Source of the DNA: Vitreimonas sp.
GTDB taxonomy: Bacteria; Patescibacteriota; Microgenomatia; UBA1400; PJMF01
Assembly (NCBI GenBank): GCA_035627515.1
Contig: DASPLQ010000012.1
Span: 327,269 to 391,268 of the forward strand
Reading direction: 5' to 3'
DNA: 64,000 nucleotides
The position numbers and the translations under genes were made by a program. The notes under the pieces are model-generated. The model did not search any database. It was not told the DNA's origin and worked only from the letters and a program-made list of their open reading frames with translations. Below, piece by piece: positions 7,996-16,113 of this stretch (within the stretch, counting starts at the first letter, position 1; each line of letters starts with the position of its first letter).

Positions 7996-10497
7996 CTACC
8001 CGACGACTAGGTTCACAATCTTCCCTGGCACATAAATTTCTTTCTTGAGCGTACCTTGAGACAGCCACTGTTGGACTTTGGCTTCAGCCTTGGCTTTGGC
8101 TAAGATAGCGGCTTGGTCTTGGGCTTCGGTCGGGGTAACGCTCAACTGTTCACGAACTTTGCCATTCACCTGCACCGGAATAATCACTTGCTCTTCTTGA
8201 GCTAGAGCTTCGTCCCAAGTTGGCCAACTGCCGGTGTGAACTGAAACTTGTGGTTGATCGCTCGTACTATTCACAGTTTGCCACAACTCCTCTGCCATAA
8301 ATGGCGCAAACGGAGCCAACATCTGGATCACCATTTTAATTTCATCTGATGATAACGCGCCTTGACCAGCACTTTTATTGGCTTCTTCCCAGACATTCAT
8401 AAACTCCATCATCGAGGCAATAGCGGTGTTGAACTTGAGAGCTGGGATGTCTTGTGTCACTTTACGAATCGTTTGGTGTAACTTGCGGCGAGCGCGAGTC
8501 GCGGTTTCACCCTCGGCTGAGGTAGAGAGTGGTTGAGCGATAGCCTCACTCACTTGTTTATGCACCCGGCTTAAAAAGCGATAGACACCCGCCACGGCCG
8601 TGACACTCCAGGGCTTGTCGGCTTCTAACGGTCCCATGAACATTTCATAGACCCGCAGCGTATCCGCCCCAAATTTCTCGATGACTTCGTCGGGGTTAAT
8701 GACATTACCCTTACTCTTACTCATCTTCTTGCCGTCTGGACCCATGATCATGCCTTGATGGCGCATCTTCATAAATGGCTCATTGAAACTCAGATACCCT
8801 TCATCTCGCAAGAACTTAGTGAAAAAGCGCGAGTATAACAAGTGCAACACAATGTGCTCCGGCCCAATCATATACAAATCAACTGGCAACCATTTCTTAG
8901 CCTGGTCCTTATCCATGAAGGTTTTTTCATTACGCGCACTGACATAGCGCAAGAAGTACCAGCTTGAATCCACAAACGTGTCCATAGTGTCAAACTCTGG
9001 GCGCCAGCCTTTACCGTACAGTTTTTCGGTTCGCTCGATGAATTCTTTCGAGTGGGTCAGCGGCGACTCGCCGGTGGGCTTAAACTCCACGTCGGTAGGG
9101 AGTGTCCATGGCAAGTGTTCTTCCTTGACTGGGTGCGGCTGACCTTCAGGATCATACACAATGGGGATTGGTGCGCCCCAGTAGCGTTGGCGGGAAATCA
9201 ACCAATCGCGAAGTTTGTAGGTGGTTTGCCACTCACCCCATCCCTGTTTAATCATCCAATCGGCCATGTTTTTCTTACCTTTACCCCAAGCGTCCTGCCC
9301 ATCAAACTGCCCTGAGTTGACCAATACACCTTCGCCTTCGAAAGATATCTCGCTAGCAGCGACTTTTTTGTCAATTTCTTTGTCAGAATATGAAACTACT
9401 TGACGCACAGGTAAGTCAAACTTTTTGGCAAACGCAAAATCTCGTTCATCGTGAGCAGGCACGCCCATCACAATCGCGGTCCCGACACCCATCAAAACGT
9501 AATCAGCAATAAATAAGGGCACAGCTTCACCATTGACGGGGTTAACAGCATGTAAACCAGTATCGACACCAGTTTTATCTTTTTGACCAATTTTGCGTTC
9601 TTCTTCAGTTTTATGTTTGGCGGCTTCTAAGTAGTCAGACACAGCTTGCTGACGATCACTTGGCACTAAACCCGTCAATCCTAGTGATTCAAATTTTTCT
9701 GGAGCAATAACTACAAAGGTCGTTCCAAATACCGTTTCCCAAAACTTAGTCCAGATTGTTAAATCGATGGCTTTTTCTTGGAGCTGGAAGGTAATATTCA
9801 GGCCTTGAGCTTTTCCAATCCAATGAAGTTGATGTTGCTTGGTCGCCTCTGGCCAATCGACTTCATTCAAGCCACTAATTAATTCATCCTTATATTGAGT
9901 GATTTTAAAGTACCATTGCTCGAGGTCTTTCTGGACGACAGCGGTACCACAGCGTTCACAAGTACCATCCACGACTTGTTCGTTAGCCAACACCGTCTGG
10001 CAGGATGGGCACCAATTGACCATCCCCTTCCCGCGGTAGGCTAAACCTTTGTTATACATTTGGATAAAGAGCCATTGAGTCCATTGGTAATAATCAGGAT
10101 GGCTGGTAGCTAATTCATTAGCCCAGTCATAAGAAACACCAATGCGTTTGATTTGGCGACGAAAGGTATTAATGGCGCTCTTAGTAGTTTCAGCGGGATG
10201 GATACCTGTTTTAATGGCGTAATTTTCAGCCGGCAGTCCAAAGGCGTCCCACCCGACTGGGAAAAAGACTTGTTTACCATTCATCCGGTAATAACGAGCC
10301 ATGATATCCAGCGCCGTTTTTGATTCGACGTGACCAACATGTAAACCAGATCCAGAAGGATACGCAAAAGCAAATAACAAGTACATTTTGTCCTCAGGAC
10401 TGCCTGCCTGGTTTTCACTCTGCTGGAAAAGACCTTTTTCCTCCCACCATGCTTGCCAGCGTTCTTCGATTGCGGTTGGATTGTAGGTTGTACTCAT
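7996..10497 (-). CDS. leuS: Leucine--tRNA ligase
   Basis: YPSGSGLHVGH, GWDAFGLPAEN, CPSC/CERC zinc knuckle, DWLISRQRYWG, DTMDTFVDSSWY, KMSKSKGN, VQVNGK. Confidence 0.98.
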   Translation of the reverse strand: MSTTYNPTAIEERWQAWWEEKGLFQQSENQAGSPEDKMYLLFAFAYPSGSGLHVGHVESKTALDIMARYYRMNGKQVFFPVGWDAFGLPAENYAIKTGIHPAETTKSAINTFRRQIKRIGVSYDWANELATSHPDYYQWTQWLFIQMYNKGLAYRGKGMVNWCPSCQTVLANEQVVDGTCERCGTAVVQKDLEQWYFKITQYKDELISGLNEVDWPEATKQHQLHWIGKAQGLNITFQLQEKAIDLTIWTKFWETVFGTTFVVIAPEKFESLGLTGLVPSDRQQAVSDYLEAAKHKTEEERKIGQKDKTGVDTGLHAVNPVNGEAVPLFIADYVLMGVGTAIVMGVPAHDERDFAFAKKFDLPVRQVVSYSDKEIDKKVAASEISFEGEGVLVNSGQFDGQDAWGKGKKNMADWMIKQGWGEWQTTYKLRDWLISRQRYWGAPIPIVYDPEGQPHPVKEEHLPWTLPTDVEFKPTGESPLTHSKEFIERTEKLYGKGWRPEFDTMDTFVDSSWYFLRYVSARNEKTFMDKDQAKKWLPVDLYMIGPEHIVLHLLYSRFFTKFLRDEGYLSFNEPFMKMRHQGMIMGPDGKKMSKSKGNVINPDEVIEKFGADTLRVYEMFMGPLEADKPWSVTAVAGVYRFLSRVHKQVSEAIAQPLSTSAEGETATRARRKLHQTIRKVTQDIPALKFNTAIASMMEFMNVWEEANKSAGQGALSSDEIKMVIQMLAPFAPFMAEELWQTVNSTSDQPQVSVHTGSWPTWDEALAQEEQVIIPVQVNGKVREQLSVTPTEAQDQAAILAKAKAEAKVQQWLSQGTLKKEIYVPGKIVNLVVG

Positions 10498-10543
10498 TTA
10501 AGCTCCTTTTGATCTCGGAATTACTTCCATAAACTATTTTAAA

Positions 10544-10568
10544 ACAAAAAATCCCCTAACGGGGAATT
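10544..10568 (-). terminator. Attenuator terminator hairpin upstream of leuS
   Basis: Minus strand AATTCCCC-GTTA-GGGGA-TTTTTTGTTTT. Its 5' arm TTCCCC can alternatively pair with GGGGAA just after the leader stop. Confidence 0.75.
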
Positions 10569-10593
10569 GCACACGACTCACTTCCCCTAGGCA

Positions 10594-10638
10594 CTAGCGG
10601 CTAAGAAGGAGAAGTTGAGTTGGGTAATGAGACTTCAT
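10594..10638 (-). CDS. leuS attenuator leader peptide MKSHYPTQLLLLSR
   Basis: ATG AAG TCT CAT TAC CCA ACT CAA CTT CTC CTT CTT AGC CGC TAG: four tandem Leu codons. TGGTATACT extended -10 lies 10 nt upstream. Confidence 0.8.
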   Translation of the reverse strand: MKSHYPTQLLLLSR

Positions 10639-10682
10639 AACTTGAGTAGTATACCACTAAAATTGTGTGATATAACACGCAT

Positions 10683-10937
10683 ATGTCAGAAAGATACACA
10701 GTGGATAAGCAACATGCCTACTTAACCTGCGGTGCCGTCGGGCCGGCAGTAGCCACCGCCATCTTCACGGCTTTGATGGTGGCACCTCCAGAGGTGAGAG
10801 CAGCCTTATGGCACTCGAAAGAGCTAGTAACCAAAGAGATTGTAACCACACTCTGCTGTTGTGGAGTGCCCACTGTAGCGGGAGTCACTGGACTAGTGAG
10901 TTACTTGAAACATCGAGCGCACTGGACAGTCAACTAA
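10683..10937 (+). CDS. Small two-TM membrane protein
   Basis: 84 aa, two hydrophobic stretches, CCC motif; TGATATAAC -10-like element just upstream. Confidence 0.55.
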   Translation: MSERYTVDKQHAYLTCGAVGPAVATAIFTALMVAPPEVRAALWHSKELVTKEIVTTLCCCGVPTVAGVTGLVSYLKHRAHWTVN

Positions 10938-10982
10938 ACCTCGATCATTACTCCCCGCCTTAAATCCTGCTATACTGATGTA

Positions 10983-11681
10983 ATGTCTGCCCTAGTTCAC
11001 AGCTTGTCTGTTTTGGTGGCTATCGCCTTAGCCTTTGTGTGGATACAAATCCCTTTCCTGAGTATTTATTCCTTACAAGTTTTTGCGGCTACGATGGCGC
11101 TCTACTTCATCATTAAGCGCCTTAGCCAAGCTAAACTGTGGCACGTGGCTCCTACCTTGTCATCGGTGGAAATGCCGATTCTTACTTTTGGTTTCCAAAT
11201 GCTAATTGGAGCTACTGGCAACTTTCACTCCTTATTTTTTCCCCTGACATTTGTACATTTATTTTTCTTGGTCTTAGCCACTGAAACCACCACTGCGATT
11301 GTTGCTAGTTTAGGCATCATGTTTTTTCACTACCTAATGACTCCAGAACTGTCTGTAGCCATGGTCAGTCAAGCCGCCACTATTCCCATCGTGATGGTCT
11401 TTTTTCTGTTTGCTAAACACCAATATCAAGAAGTTCAGCACGAAACTGCCCTCCTCAATACTCAGGAACAAGCCTTGGTGTCGTGCACCTACCAAGAACA
11501 CGAGTGGCGACAGTTTATGGCAGAGTTCTTGTTGCCAAAGTTGGTGGTTTTAGAAGAACTTGCCCACTCTGCTCAAGAAAATCAGCATACACTCCAGGGA
11601 CAACTCGCCTTACTCCAATCTGAAATCAAAAAAATGTTAGACAAAGTCAAGCACAATGAACTCGACAACCCTCAAGCTTAA
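10983..11681 (+). CDS. Multi-TM membrane protein with C-terminal coiled coil (sensor-like membrane domain, no catalytic domain)
   Basis: About 6 TM helices, ATGNFHSLFFPL motif, helical tail; TGCTATACT immediately upstream. Confidence 0.7.
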   Translation: MSALVHSLSVLVAIALAFVWIQIPFLSIYSLQVFAATMALYFIIKRLSQAKLWHVAPTLSSVEMPILTFGFQMLIGATGNFHSLFFPLTFVHLFFLVLATETTTAIVASLGIMFFHYLMTPELSVAMVSQAATIPIVMVFFLFAKHQYQEVQHETALLNTQEQALVSCTYQEHEWRQFMAEFLLPKLVVLEELAHSAQENQHTLQGQLALLQSEIKKMLDKVKHNELDNPQA

Positions 11682-12456
11682 CCAGCCTTTTCTTAAACGC
11701 CACTCGCTAGGCCAGTTTTTTTCTCGATCGGGAGTGGTAATGATGTTGGCTGCAGCTTGGTGGACCGCTCTCCAGCTCCCAGCCCGGCTCAGGGCTGAGC
11801 GCCTCGAATCAGACTCTTACGTCATCCAGTTTGGTAACTTCAATGTCACCAGTGGCGAAAAAGACAGTGCCTCCTACAACGTCACCGACACGGTGGGACA
11901 AACTGGTGCCGGACCGTATGGCCAATATGGCAGCAGCGGCTACTTCGTGGGCTCAGGCTTTCAATATATCTATCAAATTGATGACTTCAACTTCAAAATT
12001 TCCCAAGTGGCCTTGGATTTTGGTGAGCTCATCATTGGCACGCACAAGACAGCTTCGCATACGCTGACGATTACCACCAAAGGCGCTGGGGGCTACACCG
12101 TTTATGCCTATGAACTCCATCCTCTCCGCAGTCCTGCCAACGATACTATTGCTGACACTACCTGTGATGCCGGAACGTGTTCACAAACTACAGCTGGGGT
12201 CTGGAGTAATCAGAGTATTCCGGGCTTAGGGTATAACATGAGTGGGCATGATATTCCCGCTGCTTTTGTGAACAGTACTTACTTCAAGCAATTTGCTGAT
12301 CTTAGTCTGGGCGAAACGATGCAAGCCGTGATGAGTTCCACCAATATCGCTAATCAGCGCCAATCCACTGTTACTTACAAACTCGGTATCAATAGCACCC
12401 AAGCCTCGGGCAAGTATCAAACAGGAGTCGTCTATGTGGCGGTACCAGGGTATTAA
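11656..12456 (+). CDS. Secreted beta-rich surface protein (WxL/fimbrial-subunit-like C-terminus)
   Basis: Signal-like segment; LDFGEL...HTLTITTKGAGGYTV...GLGY...KQFAD...ASGKYQTGVVYVAVPGY; paralogous to the C-terminus of 13500..14966. Confidence 0.7.
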   Translation: MNSTTLKLNQPFLKRHSLGQFFSRSGVVMMLAAAWWTALQLPARLRAERLESDSYVIQFGNFNVTSGEKDSASYNVTDTVGQTGAGPYGQYGSSGYFVGSGFQYIYQIDDFNFKISQVALDFGELIIGTHKTASHTLTITTKGAGGYTVYAYELHPLRSPANDTIADTTCDAGTCSQTTAGVWSNQSIPGLGYNMSGHDIPAAFVNSTYFKQFADLSLGETMQAVMSSTNIANQRQSTVTYKLGINSTQASGKYQTGVVYVAVPGY

Positions 12457-13450
12457 GCTCTCTCGTCCACCCTTGTTTAAGCGCTGGCTTCAGATTGCTG
12501 TGATGGCCGTGGGCGTGGCACTCGGCTTCACTCTGACCACCACCTCCATTACAGCCCAAACTGCCCCCCTAGAACTATCGATCAACCCCCCGGTGGCTTA
12601 TCTCCATGTCAAGCCTGGTTCCAATCAAACTCACACCCTCACCCTACAGCATCATGGCACTGTACCTCTCGAGGCGATAATAAAAGTCGTCGATTTTGTC
12701 CCGGACGGCGAAACTGGCCAACCAATTTTAACTGATGTCAGCACCTTTCCTTACTTAACATTGCTCAATCCTAACGAACGCCTCGGCGAGCCATTTCCTT
12801 TAGTGCCAGGCAAGGCAAAAAAATTAAGCTTTAATATTGATGTACCAAACTCAGCGACGCAAAAAGAGTACCCTTTGACCATCTTGATTAATACGCAACC
12901 AAACAGTCAGTATTCAGTGGTCCAAACTGGTTCTCAGCTGGGTGGGACCATCGCTAGCAATGTGATTATTCTGGTCTCTGAGTCAGATCGGCTTCCTCGT
13001 CGCTTGACGATTGACTCACTTACCGGACCGCGCTTTCTAGATAGCTTTAGTACCCTCAAGTTTGATCTAAAATTAAAGAATGTGAGTTTACAAGCGGCTC
13101 CCGCTTCTGGGAGCGCCCGACTCAAAAATTGGCAAGGTAAAACGCTCAAGGAATGGCAGCTTTATCCTGATATGGTGCTGGGTTCCGCCACCCGCTTCGC
13201 TCGTGGCCTCGATCCCACTGCCGCCGAACCCACCCCAGTGGAGTTTACCTATCGTGGTTTCTTAATCGGGCCTTATAGCATCGAGGCTCAGCTCAATAAT
13301 CAAGGTGGCCAGCAAGAGCTGCTGACCGTCAAAATGATTGCTTTACCATGGTCACTCGGGTTACTACTTATCATCGGTGTAATCCTACTTGGGTTAGGCA
13401 AATATTTCAGTCAAAAAGATCATCTTGATAAAACTCCAAAAAGTGTTTAA
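12434..13450 (+). CDS. DUF916/WxL-interacting (PapD chaperone-like) protein with C-terminal TM anchor
   Basis: Signal peptide, LSINPP...VKPG, second Ig-like domain (LKN...IGPY), C-terminal TM followed by a basic tail. Confidence 0.65.
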   Translation: MWRYQGIKLSRPPLFKRWLQIAVMAVGVALGFTLTTTSITAQTAPLELSINPPVAYLHVKPGSNQTHTLTLQHHGTVPLEAIIKVVDFVPDGETGQPILTDVSTFPYLTLLNPNERLGEPFPLVPGKAKKLSFNIDVPNSATQKEYPLTILINTQPNSQYSVVQTGSQLGGTIASNVIILVSESDRLPRRLTIDSLTGPRFLDSFSTLKFDLKLKNVSLQAAPASGSARLKNWQGKTLKEWQLYPDMVLGSATRFARGLDPTAAEPTPVEFTYRGFLIGPYSIEAQLNNQGGQQELLTVKMIALPWSLGLLLIIGVILLGLGKYFSQKDHLDKTPKSV

Positions 13451-13499
13451 CGTTATAGCTACGTCGTTTTTTTTCGACTATGCTCGCTGTGAACTGCCT

Positions 13500-14966
13500 A
13501 TGAAAAAAGCCCATCTTCAAAAAGCTCTTGTATTAGTAGGCGTCCTGACCTCATTTTTTGTGGTTGCTCACGTCAACGAACAACTCCGCTCTGCTAGTTT
13601 GACCTCCGTCTCGGTCACCATGTCTAATCCTCGCCCTTCCTTCCGTGGCGCTTTAACCAGTGGCAACACCGTCGGTTCCTCGACTGTCATCATCAACACC
13701 ACCGCTGGTAGTTATCCATCTACATCTTCAGCACAATTGGTCGAAGGTGATGTGGTCCGGATTGGCAGTGCTGGCACGATGGGCACTCATACCGTGGCCA
13801 GTACCAGTTCATTATCTACCTTTACCGTTACCAGCGCCTTGGGCTCCGGTAATGCCGATTCTGGTGATGATGTCATCTCGACTCAATCTGCGACTCACAC
13901 TGTGCGTTTTACTACCGCCAATGCTATTGCCAATGGCCGCTTCCGAGTTTTGGTCCCAGCTTTAACAGACAACGGCGCTTCATCTGATGGTATCCCTGAT
14001 GGCGGCTTCTTTGATTTCAGCACCACTCCCGCGACTATGACCTGTCCTTCAGACGTGGGCTCCACGTATGACTTTGTCTCTGGTGTCGCTTCCGCTTCTT
14101 CTGTGACTGTTAATAACGTCGATTACCACGTGTTCGAGTGTGCTTATTCAGGCACCGGTGGTGTAGGTACCATTTTCGATGGAGGTGGTGGTAACCAAGG
14201 CGTGTTTACTCTGGCTGGTTTAATTAACCCAGCTCCTAAAACCGCTCACACTACGGGCACAGCCGATGCACACAACATCATTGTTCAACACTTGGATAGT
14301 TCCTTCAACGCCATCGATCAAACTACTGTCCAGGTAGGTGTGATTGAAGCTGTTAAATTAACCGCCTCAGTTCCTCCTCAAATTACCTTCCAAATTATTG
14401 GTACTGCGACCGGCACCTCAGCATGTGGTCAAACCACTGACGTGGCCACTACCCCAGCTAGTGTGCCATTTGGAGAAATCTCGATCTCTGCCTTTACCGA
14501 AGCCGCTCATAGCTTGACCGTCTCCACCAACGCGACTGGTGGTTATAGCGTCACAGCCATTGCTAACGACCAAATGGGCCGCAATGGCGGTGTCTGTACT
14601 GGTGATAATACCGGTGTGAACTGTATTCGCGATACGATTGGTAATGGCGGCACGATCACACATACTACCAGTGGTGAGTGGACAAACGTCAGCGCTAAAG
14701 GTTTAGGGTACTCACTTCATGACGTGAATAGTTCGATTACTAACCTACCAGCTGAGGCGTTTTCTTATAATGAGAGTAGTCGCACCTTCTCCACTAAACA
14801 ATTTGCCGATGCTGAAGACGGCCAAGCCGCCCAAGCTATTTTTGGCAGTGGCACCGTGGCTGATAACGAAAACTTATATGTCTGTTACCGGATTGTGGCC
14901 GCCAGTACTACCGCCGCTGGTAACTATGAAAATTACGTCACCTACAATGCGACATCAACCTTTTAA
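13500..14966 (+). CDS. Secreted Ser/Thr-rich surface protein (WxL/fimbrial-subunit-like C-terminus)
   Basis: Start moved to ATG 13500 (MKKAHLQKALVLVG signal peptide; the ORF-track start overlaps the previous gene). VPFGEI...HSLTVSTNATGGYSV...GLGY...KQFAD...AAGNYENYVTYNATSTF. Confidence 0.75.
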   Translation: MKKAHLQKALVLVGVLTSFFVVAHVNEQLRSASLTSVSVTMSNPRPSFRGALTSGNTVGSSTVIINTTAGSYPSTSSAQLVEGDVVRIGSAGTMGTHTVASTSSLSTFTVTSALGSGNADSGDDVISTQSATHTVRFTTANAIANGRFRVLVPALTDNGASSDGIPDGGFFDFSTTPATMTCPSDVGSTYDFVSGVASASSVTVNNVDYHVFECAYSGTGGVGTIFDGGGGNQGVFTLAGLINPAPKTAHTTGTADAHNIIVQHLDSSFNAIDQTTVQVGVIEAVKLTASVPPQITFQIIGTATGTSACGQTTDVATTPASVPFGEISISAFTEAAHSLTVSTNATGGYSVTAIANDQMGRNGGVCTGDNTGVNCIRDTIGNGGTITHTTSGEWTNVSAKGLGYSLHDVNSSITNLPAEAFSYNESSRTFSTKQFADAEDGQAAQAIFGSGTVADNENLYVCYRIVAASTTAAGNYENYVTYNATSTF

Positions 14967-14987
14967 TAACTAACGCTGACACCATTT

Positions 14988-16103
14988 ATGATAACTGCCC
15001 ACCCCACCCCCAAATCTCTTGTTGCTGTGAGCTGTGGTTTACTCATCGCTAGTGTGGTGGCCGGAACATTTGTCAATTCATTTGGTCTTAAAACGAGTTG
15101 GGCTCAGGTGGCTGAACCCACCCCAATTGCTGTCCCTACCACTACTGAAGTACCTGGTATGGCTGATCCTACTGACGTCCATAGCCTGACCGCAATTCCT
15201 CCCCGGTTGGGTGAAAACCGCGAACTCAAAGCCAAGCCTGGTGAGACGATTCAAGCCGTAGTCCGTGTCCGTAACGGCAGTAACAAACCCATTTTTATTA
15301 AAACCAGTGCCCAAGATTTTATCTTGAGTGAAGATGGCCAAACTCCTATTCCTGTCCAAGATAATGTTTCTAACCGCTGGAGTTTAGCTTCATGGATGAC
15401 ATTGTCGACCACTTCACAGCGCTTAGGCCCTAACCAATCAGGGAATGTTAACGTCGTCATCACCGTACCCGCCGATGCCCTGCCTGGTGGTCACTACGCG
15501 ATGGTGATGCACGAGCCCACCACTGCTCCTGCACCAGCTGGAAGCGAAGAAGCGACTGCTAAATCTGCAGCTTTAGTTTCACAACGCGTCGGTACGCTGC
15601 TCTATTTCGAAGTTGAAGGCCCGATCAATGAAGCTGCTTTTGTACGCAACTTCTCGATGCCCAAATTTACTGAGTATGGTCCAGTGCCTTTCAAGTTTAC
15701 CGTCGAAAATATGTCTGATATCCACATCCGACCTCAGGTGGGGGTAGAAATTTATAATATTTTTAATCGTAAAGTCGATACTATCGTGATCGAACCTAAG
15801 AATGTCTTCCCGTTTGTGGCCCGTGAGTTTGAGGGCAAATGGGATCGCGTCTGGGGTATTGGTCCCTATAGAGCTAAGTTAACCATGAGCTACGGCCAAG
15901 CTGGTGCAGTAGTGGTAGCTAAAACCAGTTTTTGGTTAATTCCTATTAAATTAGTCTTGGCTATAACTACTATCTTCATGTCACTGTTAGTAGTCATTAT
16001 TGCCGTCCGCCGTCACCTCTTGCATCGTCAAGATGCTGCTCAAGCCCGCATTGAGATGCTGGAAAAGAAACTTCAAGATCTTGAACACGAGCACGAGCTC
16101 TAG
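14988..16103 (+). CDS. DUF916/WxL-interacting (PapD chaperone-like) protein with C-terminal TM anchor
   Basis: LTAIPPR...AKPGE...VRN, LASWM, ITVPADALPGGHYA, RVGTLLY, VENMSDIHIRP, GIGPYRA, then TM plus coiled tail. Confidence 0.75.
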   Translation: MITAHPTPKSLVAVSCGLLIASVVAGTFVNSFGLKTSWAQVAEPTPIAVPTTTEVPGMADPTDVHSLTAIPPRLGENRELKAKPGETIQAVVRVRNGSNKPIFIKTSAQDFILSEDGQTPIPVQDNVSNRWSLASWMTLSTTSQRLGPNQSGNVNVVITVPADALPGGHYAMVMHEPTTAPAPAGSEEATAKSAALVSQRVGTLLYFEVEGPINEAAFVRNFSMPKFTEYGPVPFKFTVENMSDIHIRPQVGVEIYNIFNRKVDTIVIEPKNVFPFVAREFEGKWDRVWGIGPYRAKLTMSYGQAGAVVVAKTSFWLIPIKLVLAITTIFMSLLVVIIAVRRHLLHRQDAAQARIEMLEKKLQDLEHEHEL

Positions 16104-16113
16104 GAGCTAGGCT

